Source of the DNA: Spirochaetaceae bacterium
GTDB taxonomy: Bacteria > Spirochaetota > Spirochaetia > Treponematales > Rectinemataceae
Reading direction: 5' to 3'
DNA length: 58,900 nt
NCBI GenBank assembly: GCA_021372425.1
Contig: JAJFUL010000296.1
Span: forward strand, 1-58,900
Shown here: piece by piece, positions 27,841-36,966 of the stretch
Numbering within the stretch: position 1 is the stretch's first letter
How the letters are laid out: each line of letters begins with the position of its first letter
Made by a program: the position numbers and the translations under genes
Notes under the pieces: generated by a model
Seen by the model: only the letters and a program-made list of their open reading frames with translations
The model's database searches: none
What the model was told of the DNA's origin: nothing

Positions 27841-28332
27841 CTATTGGTACCTGAGCTGTGTATCTCTGGATACTTTGGTGACGAGCTTGTCGAGGGCATC
27901 CGAAAAGCGCTTTATGTCGGCTGGACTGCGGGGTGTCGAGCTTTTAGGGGATTCCTCTGCGATGCCCAGAAGACGCAATTCGACGGCGGCATCCCTGAGG
28001 GAACGCCGCTGCGCTATCGTATCTTTGCTGAATATGTCTCCCCGGTCGTTCAGCGCGGCTATGTCCCTTGCCAGAAGGCGCTCGGCAAAGGGGATGTCGC
28101 GAGTCACGACTATGTCCCCAAGGGAGACATTCTGCTCGATGTAATGATCGGCTGCGTCGACGCCAGGTTCAACCTGCGTGAAGTATTTTTCAGGAACATC
28201 CTTGACGGCGACGGCGGCCACGAATCTTAGTGCGAATCTCTGTGTTTTGCGGTTCTTCATGGTCTCCGCCTGACGGATGAGGATGGCGCGGATTTCGCGC
28301 GACATGCTGTCTGCATCGATCCAGACGGTCAT
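27841..28332 (-). CDS. yaiI: YaiI/YqxD family protein (UPF0178/DUF188)
   Basis: MTVWIDADS..., GVDAADHYI, GDIVVTRDIPFAERL, LNDRGD. ATG 28332 overlaps the manA stop (ATGA). Confidence 0.8.
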   Translation of the reverse strand: MTVWIDADSMSREIRAILIRQAETMKNRKTQRFALRFVAAVAVKDVPEKYFTQVEPGVDAADHYIEQNVSLGDIVVTRDIPFAERLLARDIAALNDRGDIFSKDTIAQRRSLRDAAVELRLLGIAEESPKSSTPRSPADIKRFSDALDKLVTKVSRDTQLRYQ

Positions 28333-29564
28333 GAGCGCTCCCTGGAAGACACTGAGGCGCAATACAGTCTCCCTGTGCCGTTTGCGCGCAGATGTCGGCA
28401 TGTGTCAGCCACAAAGACGGATTGGCCTGCCTGAATAGTGAGGCTGCCAGCCGGTTCGGCGTTGTGCGCTATATCGGAGAACGCAATCCTTCCCTCCGTA
28501 CAAAGGAGAATTTTGGGTCCTTCACGATCGATGCTGACGGTATCGCAACCATCCAGCTCAATCATGGATAACTCGAATTCGCTTGCAGGAGATTGCCATG
28601 TTGTCACCCCTGTTCTTCCTGTGTCGCATAACGCCCCTTCTTTCGTTGGCATACTATAAAGCGGTCTGGCGCCTGGATCGATGACATCGACAAGCTGTGT
28701 GACATCGATTTTCTTTGAAGTCATACCGCCACGTATGACGTTGTCTGAGGCAGCCATGATCTCCAGAATCGTGCCTTCGAGATAGGAGTGGAGAACCCCG
28801 GCCGGAACATATAGCCCTTGGCCCGGGGCAAGCGTGACGAGCGTGAGGAAGAAGGGCGCGAGCGCCCCCGGATCGCCTGGGTATTCGGCATAGCAATACT
28901 GGGCGGCGCTGGCAGCTGCAACGGAGCCAGTTGTCTCCGCACTGCAATTTTGCAGTATAAAGCGCGCTCTTTGTTCGGTCATCTCCTGAAGCCTTTGGCG
29001 CTGTGTAACGGATATTGTCAAAAGCCGACCTAGAAACGGAATGAAGTCGTCAGACTTTGGCTCATGGGGGAACTTCAAAAAATCGCATATCGCTGGGCCC
29101 ATGAGTTCACGTGCCTCCTGCGGAGGCCTGAAGCCGCAGAGGGCAGTGAATTTCGACAAAGCGATCGCCATCTCCGGCTTGTGATTCTTGTCCTTATAAT
29201 TACGGTCCGGCGACGCCAGCGGTATACCGAGAGAGTTTTCCCTTGCAAAACCCGCCTCTGCCTTTTCCTTCGAGGGATGGACTTGTATTGAAAGCGGTTT
29301 TGCGGCAGAGAGTACCTTGAAGAGGAATGGCAGTTCGCCGTATTTCAGGGATATCGCCTTTCCAAGCACCATATCGGGCTGTTGCCGGATGAGCGTGTCC
29401 AGGGGGGATTCCCTGCCATCCATGCTGCGGACTATTGAGGGCGCCAGCGGGTGGGAGCCCATCCAGCACTCAGCCGCAGGCTTGGAGGAATCGGTCACAA
29501 TGCCAGCGTACTTTGAGAGCCCATCCCGGCTCCCCCATGCGTAGGCCTGGATCGGATTGTGCAT
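28329..29564 (-). CDS. manA: Mannose-6-phosphate isomerase, class I
   Basis: N-terminal MHNPIQAYAWGS, QVHPSK, and HSYLEG in the C-terminal cupin. Start taken at ATG 29564 rather than the track start 29660. Confidence 0.85.
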   Translation of the reverse strand: MHNPIQAYAWGSRDGLSKYAGIVTDSSKPAAECWMGSHPLAPSIVRSMDGRESPLDTLIRQQPDMVLGKAISLKYGELPFLFKVLSAAKPLSIQVHPSKEKAEAGFARENSLGIPLASPDRNYKDKNHKPEMAIALSKFTALCGFRPPQEARELMGPAICDFLKFPHEPKSDDFIPFLGRLLTISVTQRQRLQEMTEQRARFILQNCSAETTGSVAAASAAQYCYAEYPGDPGALAPFFLTLVTLAPGQGLYVPAGVLHSYLEGTILEIMAASDNVIRGGMTSKKIDVTQLVDVIDPGARPLYSMPTKEGALCDTGRTGVTTWQSPASEFELSMIELDGCDTVSIDREGPKILLCTEGRIAFSDIAHNAEPAGSLTIQAGQSVFVADTCRHLRANGTGRLYCASVSSRERS

Positions 29565-29601
29565 GAGAAAGAGCCCGCTGGAATGTTCTGTCACATAGAT
29601 C

Positions 29602-29631
29602 ATTATATAGGCTGGCCAACCGGCAAGGCAA
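29602..29631 (-). promoter_or_regulatory. Candidate promoter for manA-yaiI
   Basis: On the minus strand: TTGCCT (29631-29626), 18 nt spacer, consensus TATAAT (29607-29602), about 38 nt upstream of the manA ATG. Confidence 0.35.
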
Positions 29632-29663
29632 TAATATCTGTCGCGAGAATAGCCCGCCATTCG

Positions 29664-32126
29664 CTACTCGTCCAGGAATCGCTCGACTTCCTTCGCAATG
29701 GCCGGCAGGCCGTCGGCGAGAAGGCGGCAGTGTGGGAGGCTGGCCACGAAAAGTTGGCCGTAGCGGGCGGTCACGAGACGGGGGTCCAGGGTCACGACGA
29801 TGCCGCGGTCGAAGGAATGGCGGATGAGCCTTCCGAAGCCCTGCTTGAACTTGATGATCGCCTCGGGGACGCTGATTTCCATGAAGGAGTTGCCTCCGGC
29901 AGCGTCGACGGCCTGCGAGCGCGCCTCCTGAACCGGATCGCTCGGCACCCTGAAGGGCAACTTGGTCATGATGACCATCGAAAGCGTCTCTCCGGGCGCA
30001 TCGATACCTTCCCAGAAAGAATCCGTCGCGAAAAGAACGCTGGAAATGTCATTCTTGAACATGGTCAGGAGGCGCGACCTCTCATCCATGCCTTGGCGCA
30101 GGCAAGTGATACCCATCGATTCCATCACCGGCTTCGCCTGTTCGAATGAAGAGGCCAGCAGTTCGTAGCTGGTGAACAATACAAGCGCCCTGCCCCTGGA
30201 GGCTTTCAGCAGGCTGATGACGGCATCGCCGACATATGCCTTGAACTGCTCCTTGTTTCTCTGCGGATTGGGCGCTGTCTGGTCTATCGCAAGCAGGGCA
30301 TTCGTCGAAAAGGGGAAGGGAGATGAGTAGATTTTCGTTGAAACATCCTCGCGCCGCCGGTCTATGCCTATCGGCTTCATCCAGAAGTCAAAGGATTCAC
30401 TGACCGTGAGAGTAGCCGATGTGCAGACTACCGTCCTGATCTTCCCGAACAGACTGGCTCCAAGCAAGGTTGCCACGCTCAGCGGCGTCTCGTTGAAAGT
30501 GATGTAAATTTCCTTCTGGCTGGTCCTGCTTTTCTCAATCCAGAAAATCGTGTCCTTGTGTGTTTCGAAATCCTTGAATTGAGCGATGGTATCCGCCAGT
30601 TCGTTGATGCTCCGGAGAGCGATCTGTGTCTCGAGTACGACAGCGTCCTGCGCTCGCATTTCCGGAAGGCTGGCGAGAGCGGCCGTAAGGGTTTCCGTGA
30701 TAGAGAGCAGGTTTCGTTCGACCTTGCCCAAGGGCTCGCAGAGCGAAGTGGCGACCTCATCGGTCTTTTCGCGGATCCAGAGGCTGTTTTCCTGCCTGAT
30801 GAGACCGATAGCCATGGCTTCCAGGTCAGAGAAGGCCGCAAAGCTGTCCTTCACGAGATTTTCGATCGATATGATGATTTTCGCATCGATTTCCTGAATC
30901 AGGCTGAGCCTCTGCAACAGTCCATATTCCCTGTTCCGTTTCTTCCGCGACAGGCGCGCGAGCTTGCGATAGAGGCCAAATCGCGAAAAGCTCTCGGTGA
31001 AGAGGCTTGTGGCGCTCGACTCGATCGAATGAGCTTCATCTACGACCAGGGCGTTGTATGCAGGCAGGATCGATGTCTGTTCCGTACCCGAACTGTGCTT
31101 CCGCGATGCAATGTCGGCGAAGAGCAAATGATGGTTGACGATGAGTATCTGTGCATCCGCGCAGTCTTTCCTTACTTTGATTATGTGGCAAGACTCCCTG
31201 TGCGGACAGCGGATCGATAGACAATTGTCGGATTCGGAACAAATCGTGTTCCAGATTGAATCATCCACGTGGAAAGACAGGTCAGCCCTATCGCCACTTC
31301 CTCCTCTTTCGTCCCAGGAAGCGATCTTCCTGATCGGGCTGTCTTCTGCGAGGAAGAGTCCTTCTTCTTCAAGGACTTCAGAGAGTCGCCGTCTGCAGAT
31401 GTAGTTTCCCCGCCCCTTTATGAGGACTGCCTTGGGTTTTTTCCGGAAAATCGAGGAAACAAGAGGAAGGTCTTTGCTGAAGAGTTGATCCTGCAGATTG
31501 ATGGTCGCCGTCGAGATTACGACTTTTTCGTCATTACCCAAAGCCCAGGCAAGCGCAGGGACGAGATAGGCGAAGGATTTCCCGACGCCAGTTCCCGCCT
31601 CTGCCGCCAATATCCCACCCTGGTTGAAGACCGAGCTGACATCCTGAGTCATGGCGATCTGGGAGGGACGCGGCTCGAAGGATTTCATCTTCTGCGAAAG
31701 CTTGCCACCTGCCTCCAGAACGCTGGCGAGGCCTTCCTCGTCCAGGAGCTTGTGCTGATGTCGTTTCACAGGTTCCGCGACGATATAGAGCAAGCTTACT
31801 TCATTGTTGACGATGTAGCTGCCCACGCCATAGCTACCCGCTTCCGCGGCTATCGAGACGTCCGCATCCGATGGCATGAGGTGACCAGATGGATGGTTGT
31901 GGATAAGTACCGAGCCTTTTTCAAAATAGGACTGAATCGCAGGAACTGCATCAGAGGTTCCACGGGCGACAACATCGATCATGTCGACGAGGCCAGCCGC
32001 GTCAAGGTGCCCAATGGCGAAAATTTCGTTGCCTCCGGCCGACTCGATGGCATCTTTAAGTTCTCCGATCAGGGAGACCGCGAGACGCTCTCCTGCAGGC
32101 ACGCTGGCGCTGTGTTTTGCTGACAT
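29664..32126 (-). CDS. RadC-like JAB/MPN domain fused to a DinG/XPD-family Fe-S DNA helicase
   Basis: Complete JAMM motif E77...HNHPSGHLMPSDAD (31860-31901). Walker A AEAGTGVGKS, DEAH box VVDEAHSIE, Cys cluster CRRR...CSESDNCLSIRCPHRESC, C-terminal helicase motifs (FWEGID, QGFGRLIR). Start taken at ATG 32126 (MSAKHS), which overlaps the upstream stop (TGATG). Confidence 0.8.
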   Translation of the reverse strand: MSAKHSASVPAGERLAVSLIGELKDAIESAGGNEIFAIGHLDAAGLVDMIDVVARGTSDAVPAIQSYFEKGSVLIHNHPSGHLMPSDADVSIAAEAGSYGVGSYIVNNEVSLLYIVAEPVKRHQHKLLDEEGLASVLEAGGKLSQKMKSFEPRPSQIAMTQDVSSVFNQGGILAAEAGTGVGKSFAYLVPALAWALGNDEKVVISTATINLQDQLFSKDLPLVSSIFRKKPKAVLIKGRGNYICRRRLSEVLEEEGLFLAEDSPIRKIASWDERGGSGDRADLSFHVDDSIWNTICSESDNCLSIRCPHRESCHIIKVRKDCADAQILIVNHHLLFADIASRKHSSGTEQTSILPAYNALVVDEAHSIESSATSLFTESFSRFGLYRKLARLSRKKRNREYGLLQRLSLIQEIDAKIIISIENLVKDSFAAFSDLEAMAIGLIRQENSLWIREKTDEVATSLCEPLGKVERNLLSITETLTAALASLPEMRAQDAVVLETQIALRSINELADTIAQFKDFETHKDTIFWIEKSRTSQKEIYITFNETPLSVATLLGASLFGKIRTVVCTSATLTVSESFDFWMKPIGIDRRREDVSTKIYSSPFPFSTNALLAIDQTAPNPQRNKEQFKAYVGDAVISLLKASRGRALVLFTSYELLASSFEQAKPVMESMGITCLRQGMDERSRLLTMFKNDISSVLFATDSFWEGIDAPGETLSMVIMTKLPFRVPSDPVQEARSQAVDAAGGNSFMEISVPEAIIKFKQGFGRLIRHSFDRGIVVTLDPRLVTARYGQLFVASLPHCRLLADGLPAIAKEVERFLDE

Positions 32127-35059
32127 CAGTACGACACTCCCAGGCCAAAATCGATCATATGGCTGACTTTCGCAAGATCCGGTCTGAAGATCAGCGAAAG
32201 TTCGATGGATGGTTCGATATGAAGCATTGATGCCATACCTGCAAGGATTGTGCAATCGGTGCTCAGGCGGAGGAAGGCCGATGAAGGGGCCTCGACCTGG
32301 CTGTCCAGCTCGAGAAGCGAAGCGCGGAATCCTCCGAAAAGGGAGGCCCGCCGGAAAGACAGGGCGGGCAGGAATGGTAGCCTTATCTGCTTAAGCGAAG
32401 GCGCGGCTTCGAAGGTGGCGAGGCGGGCTTCCGCCTCGCCGAAGAGGTACCATGGCGATTCTGCGGCCAGGGCTGCGTATTCACGATAAACAGGATATGC
32501 CGGGGGCAGGCTTGAAACATAACTTTTCCCGCCGCCCTCGAGAAGACGGCCTGCCGGCTGGCATGACAGCCCACTCCCCAGGGCGCAAGTTCCCTCGACA
32601 GAGAACCTGAGCGCAGGCGCAGGGATCGCAAGCTCAAGCCCTGCTGAGGCTCCCCAGCCAGAAGCGATGCCGGGTATGGTTTCATAGTCGACAGCTGCCT
32701 GTACCGCAAGGCCTTTTTCGTCGAAGGGAGCGAAAGTGGAGTTCCTCATCGTCGTATAGCCTATGCTGATCCGCGAGCCGATATTTGCATAGGCATAGTC
32801 TGGCGCAAGGAATTTGCCGGCATTGTAGTCTTCCTGGACGCCGGAAATGCCTGCCTGAAACTCTGTCCATGCCCTGCGCCACAGAGGGAGGAGCGACCAG
32901 GTCAACTTGTCCCTGATTGTCAGGCTGGAAAGGCGCTGGGCCGATTGTGTCTGCGTATCCAGGGCAGGGCCGTCTTCTAGGGAGATATTCAGGTACTGCC
33001 TGTCGATCTGGAAGCCGAGGGAAAAGGCGAGATCCGGGGCAGAGATCTGGTAGTTCCATCCAGCGAGAGCAATCCATGCAGCCCTTTCCGTCAGGTCACT
33101 CCCCTCGATCTGGATTCCCGCGGACTGACCATTGGCATAAGGATAGCGGGAGCTGGAGCCCATAGCGGGGAAAAGTGCAGGCGAGGCAATCCTGAAGCCT
33201 GCTTGTGTGGCCGCCCCGTTTGCTTCTGAAACAGCCCCGCCAGTCTTCAATGCCGCGCCATCAGTTTCTGACAGCTCTACCCAGTCCGTATCAACGCAGT
33301 CGAAATCCCTGGCAAGGGCCTGGCTGTCGAGCCGCATCCAGCGGAGAGGCCTCTCCCCGCCAGGGAGATGGGCTCTGTAAAACACAATATTGTCTGTAGT
33401 TATGACTGGTTCATGGATACCGCCTTCAGGTGGATCCTTCTGCAGGAAAAGCTGCCATTTGCCATCAGGAGCCTTGCACTTCTGGATGATCGCAAGCCTT
33501 GCGAGGCCATCCCCCTGGGTTGTGGAGAGGGCGAGCCTGATGGTGGAGTCTCCTTCCTGATGTCCGCTGCTCTCCTGGACAGAAAGCGAGCGGACTATCG
33601 CCGGCGCATCACGCAGCAACTCGAAGTTCCCTGCTGCATCCTGTCTTGCCGGGACAATCTGCGAGCCCCTGCGCAGCAGCCCGTAAAGCCAAACTGATCC
33701 TGCGCTTGCCCCGGACGCGGTTGGCGCTGGTCCTTCGAACCCGGCTCCCTCCTGCATGGCCGGCAACCATTGTTCCACATTAGGTTCTCTGTCCTTCTGC
33801 AGGGAAAGCCTTCCGCTTTCGAAATCGAAGCGATACTTGGCCTGGATGATTTCTCCGTGCGAACCACTACGCACCCAGTCCACCACAAGCTGCCTGCCAT
33901 CACTGGATGCGCCGAGCCTTTCTATCAGGTTGTCGGCGGCAAACAGGCGGCTGGGGCTCTTTTCGGTGCAGCCATTTTCCGAAGTCGCATCGGCGATGGA
34001 CAGCCTGAAAACCGCATTTTGTTCAAGGTCAACGTAGAAGAGTGAATCCCCACTTGCCGCAAATGCCCCGACCCGTCGACCGGCAACCTCGACCTCGGGG
34101 TCGCTTCTTCCGCATACCGCAGAAGTCTGCTCTGCGAGCCAGGCCATGAATTCTTTCCACAGCGCTTTTTCTGGGGTGCCTGTCAGCTCCTCGACGATGC
34201 CTTTGCTTACCAGTGTGCCGTCATAACCTTTCGAGAAATTGCCGTCCGAAGCCAGGGTCCAAAAGCGGGCGAGCGTTTCGGGGCCATTGCGCTCGACAAG
34301 AAACTGCGAGAACAGGGCTCCGTAGTGATATGCCATGCTTCCTGCGCCTGGGTAGTCATCAAGCCCCGAGACACTCCAGATCGAACCTGCCATACCGCCC
34401 CGGAGGTCAGAAAAAACAGGTTCCAGGGCGGAAGGATCGTGAAGCCGTCCAGTATTCCCGTCGTCATTCTCAGGGATGCAGCCTGGTGTCACGGTGCTGG
34501 CATTGCTTTCCACCCAGACAGCCGTGCCCTCCAGCACGGCATCGGGCATCATCCAGATCGCGGGACTGATGAAATCACCGAAAATCCTGGCCAGCAAGGC
34601 CATGAGGGGAGACCGCATGTTCAGTGTCACTGTATGTGTAAGTTCATGCAAGAAAGTATAATAGAGTTCATCATCCATCGATGCAAGCTCATTCGTCATG
34701 TTGTTTTCTGCCAGATAGAGGACGATCCGGTTGGAGGGATAGGGGATGGAGTAACCATTCAGGTAAGGACTGCGGTCCGACAGCAGGACTGGAATTCTGT
34801 CCTTTCCCCAACTGTGGGGATTCAGCTTGATTCCGAAAAAGCTGTTCAGTTCATCGAGCATCGGATCCGCAAACCTGGCCAGGCGCAGCGCGGGTTCCTC
34901 CAAGCCGGCAGGGTAATAGATATCGAAGGATCTGGTCTGGATGTGGGTAAGGGTATCCAGGCCACTGATGTTCTGCGCTGCACAGAGGCTCGTCGCCAGG
35001 AGAAGACCAAAGAGAATGGCGACAGAAGTGACCGCTCCATGAAAGCGCGCATTCTTCAC
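32126..35059 (-). CDS. 977-aa secreted protein with an N-terminal peptidase-MA-like HExxH domain, a large middle region and a C-terminus ending in an aromatic residue
   Basis: Signal peptide MKNARFHGAVTSVAILFGLLLATSLCAAQ. HELTH at 34634-34648, followed about 35 aa later by LEGTAVWVES (gluzincin-type third ligand context). The last residues FGLGVSY resemble an outer-membrane beta-barrel terminus. GTG start with GGAGG 8 nt upstream. Confidence 0.7.
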   Translation of the reverse strand: MKNARFHGAVTSVAILFGLLLATSLCAAQNISGLDTLTHIQTRSFDIYYPAGLEEPALRLARFADPMLDELNSFFGIKLNPHSWGKDRIPVLLSDRSPYLNGYSIPYPSNRIVLYLAENNMTNELASMDDELYYTFLHELTHTVTLNMRSPLMALLARIFGDFISPAIWMMPDAVLEGTAVWVESNASTVTPGCIPENDDGNTGRLHDPSALEPVFSDLRGGMAGSIWSVSGLDDYPGAGSMAYHYGALFSQFLVERNGPETLARFWTLASDGNFSKGYDGTLVSKGIVEELTGTPEKALWKEFMAWLAEQTSAVCGRSDPEVEVAGRRVGAFAASGDSLFYVDLEQNAVFRLSIADATSENGCTEKSPSRLFAADNLIERLGASSDGRQLVVDWVRSGSHGEIIQAKYRFDFESGRLSLQKDREPNVEQWLPAMQEGAGFEGPAPTASGASAGSVWLYGLLRRGSQIVPARQDAAGNFELLRDAPAIVRSLSVQESSGHQEGDSTIRLALSTTQGDGLARLAIIQKCKAPDGKWQLFLQKDPPEGGIHEPVITTDNIVFYRAHLPGGERPLRWMRLDSQALARDFDCVDTDWVELSETDGAALKTGGAVSEANGAATQAGFRIASPALFPAMGSSSRYPYANGQSAGIQIEGSDLTERAAWIALAGWNYQISAPDLAFSLGFQIDRQYLNISLEDGPALDTQTQSAQRLSSLTIRDKLTWSLLPLWRRAWTEFQAGISGVQEDYNAGKFLAPDYAYANIGSRISIGYTTMRNSTFAPFDEKGLAVQAAVDYETIPGIASGWGASAGLELAIPAPALRFSVEGTCALGSGLSCQPAGRLLEGGGKSYVSSLPPAYPVYREYAALAAESPWYLFGEAEARLATFEAAPSLKQIRLPFLPALSFRRASLFGGFRASLLELDSQVEAPSSAFLRLSTDCTILAGMASMLHIEPSIELSLIFRPDLAKVSHMIDFGLGVSY

Positions 35060-35092
35060 GGTGAAGGCCTCCGCTCAACAGGGAAATCTATC

Positions 35093-35470
35093 ATGAAACC
35101 CAGTCCTAAAAAAGCTTTTAAGTACTGGATATTTGGCTGCAATCAAAGTATTCTCAAACTTGTGGCAATCAAATTTTCTGATGGACATCCCGGCTATGGC
35201 TTTACGCTGGGTGGCCGGCGCTATGAGGCTGATCCCTGGAAGGAACACCGTGCCGAGTCCGTTTTCCATAAGTCCCAGCAGAAGAAAGGAAATACCTACC
35301 TTCATGCCCTGAAGGATCTGTCCTCGGAGGATGAAGAGCTGCCTCTCCCCGAAGATCAGGGCCCGATCGTGTATAAAGATGGCATTTTCCAGATCGATAT
35401 TGCAAACGCAGGTAATCCCTCTACCATAGACCCAGCGCTCAAAGGGCTCATCGATTCAATTCTCAAGTAA
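35093..35470 (+). CDS. Hypothetical 125-aa protein (ambiguous; competes with a minus-strand 76-aa ORF at 35075-35305)
   Basis: Open frame with only a weak SD. The 3' half (…PIVYKDGIFQIDIANAGNPSTIDPALKGLIDSILK) looks protein-like, but the 5' ~90 nt has low third-position GC. I recognise no family. Confidence 0.3.
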   Translation: MKPSPKKAFKYWIFGCNQSILKLVAIKFSDGHPGYGFTLGGRRYEADPWKEHRAESVFHKSQQKKGNTYLHALKDLSSEDEELPLPEDQGPIVYKDGIFQIDIANAGNPSTIDPALKGLIDSILK

Positions 35471-35499
35471 GGACAGGGCATGCTCTGGAAGGATGTCAG

Positions 35500-36282
35500 A
35501 TGATCAAGCTTCTTTCATGGAACGTGAATGGAATCCGAGCCTGTGCAGGCAAGGGTATGCTCGACTGGCTAGCCCGGGAAGATGCCGATTTCGTCTGTCT
35601 GCAGGAGATAAAGGCCAAGGTCGAGCAGCTGCCGGCCGAGCTGCAGAACCCGATCGATGGCCACGGCAAGCCCTACCTGCCACTGTGGGCGAGCGCCGAG
35701 CGGAAAGGCTATTCTGGCACCGCGATTTTTACGAAGCGCGAGCCGGTTTCGGTCTCGAACCTCGGGATCGGGGAATTCGACGGCGAGGGCCGGACGGTTA
35801 TAGCGGATTTCGGCGATTTTACTCTGGTCTCGGCCTATTTCCCGAACAGCCAGGAGGCTGGAACAAGGCTCGACTACAAGCTGCGCTTCTGTTCCGCGCT
35901 GCTCCGGTTCTGTGATTCACTGCGTGCGCGTGGGCGCCATGTCATCGTCGCGGGCGATTACAATATCGCTCATGAACCGATCGATCTCGCCCATCCCGAA
36001 CAGAACGAAGGCAACGCCGGCTACCTGCCTGAGGAGCGGGCCTGGATGGACTCATTTCTGGCAGCCGGCTACATTGATACCTTCCGCAACGAGTGCCCGG
36101 AACCGGGCCATTACACCTGGTGGACCTACAGGGTGCCGAGCGCGCGCCAAAACAATGTCGGATGGCGGCTGGATTACCACTGCGTGAACAGAGAATTCCT
36201 GCCGGCTGTCGTATCGGCAGGAATTCAGAGCGAGGTGATGGGTTCCGACCATTGCCCCGTGTCGCTGATGCTCGATCTGTAA
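35500..36282 (+). CDS. xth: Exodeoxyribonuclease III
   Basis: LLSWNVNGIRA, CLQEIK, GDYNIAH, WTYR, SDHCPV, which are canonical EEP/Xth motifs. Confidence 0.9.
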   Translation: MIKLLSWNVNGIRACAGKGMLDWLAREDADFVCLQEIKAKVEQLPAELQNPIDGHGKPYLPLWASAERKGYSGTAIFTKREPVSVSNLGIGEFDGEGRTVIADFGDFTLVSAYFPNSQEAGTRLDYKLRFCSALLRFCDSLRARGRHVIVAGDYNIAHEPIDLAHPEQNEGNAGYLPEERAWMDSFLAAGYIDTFRNECPEPGHYTWWTYRVPSARQNNVGWRLDYHCVNREFLPAVVSAGIQSEVMGSDHCPVSLMLDL

Positions 36283-36288
36283 CAAGCG

Positions 36289-36329
36289 CGGGGCTCTCTG
36301 GCGGCCCTGATTCCCGCCGGCCCCGTTTT
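36289..36329 (+). terminator. Candidate terminator after xth
   Basis: CGGGGC...GCCCCG outer stem with an inner GGCGG/CCGCC helix, followed by TTTT. Confidence 0.4.
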
Positions 36330-36345
36330 CAAGGGAGATATTGCA

Positions 36346-36927
36346 ATGAGGATTCGTTACAACGCACCGGTTACGCTCACGTTCACGTTTCTTTCGGCCC
36401 TCGTGCTGGGCTTGTCGCTGTCGGTCTTTCCTTCGCTGACAGCACAATGGTTTTCCACTCCGGCACCATTCCGCCCGAACGTCCTGGGCGATTACCTGCG
36501 CCTTTTCACGCACGTCCTTGGGCATGTTTCGGTCCAGCATTATATGGGCAATTTCACCATGATCCTGCTCCTTGGTCCAATTCTCGAGATGACTTATGGC
36601 TCGACATTTCTTCTCGTGAGCATTCTGATCACGGCGCTTGCCACAGGACTGCTCAACATACTGCTTTTCCCCGGGACGGTACTGCTGGGAGCTTCGGGCG
36701 TCGTCTTCATGATGATCGTGCTGGCTTCCATAACCAATTTCCGGAAAGGCGAAATTCCGCTCACCTTTATTCTGGTCATGATCATCTATGTCGGCGGCCA
36801 GGTCTGGGATGCGGTTTCAAAACAAGACAACATTTCGCAGCTGTCACACATCATGGGCGGCCTGGTGGGCAGCTGCATGGGCTTCTTCAAGCCGCAGGGC
36901 GGCAGGCGCGCCATTTCTCGCACCTGA
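36346..36927 (+). CDS. Rhomboid-family intramembrane serine protease
   Basis: Six TM segments, GASGVVFM catalytic Ser motif, and downstream His in LSHIMGGLVG. Confidence 0.8.
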   Translation: MRIRYNAPVTLTFTFLSALVLGLSLSVFPSLTAQWFSTPAPFRPNVLGDYLRLFTHVLGHVSVQHYMGNFTMILLLGPILEMTYGSTFLLVSILITALATGLLNILLFPGTVLLGASGVVFMMIVLASITNFRKGEIPLTFILVMIIYVGGQVWDAVSKQDNISQLSHIMGGLVGSCMGFFKPQGGRRAISRT

Positions 36928-36966
36928 TGGTGCGAAGCCAATGTAAAATCATGCAAGGAGGGATTT

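Noticed and set aside
32127-32255. 43-codon N-terminal extension of the helicase ORF (track start 32255)
   Set aside because: It would lie inside the 3' end of the 977-aa gene. The ATG at 32126 forms a TGATG coupling junction, and the recognisable domain begins after it.
34325-35092. N-terminal 256 codons of the 381-aa plus-strand ORF 34325-35470
   Set aside because: This part lies entirely antisense to the 977-aa gene, including its HExxH region. Only the part after the 977-aa gene ends (from ATG 35093) is a plausible gene.
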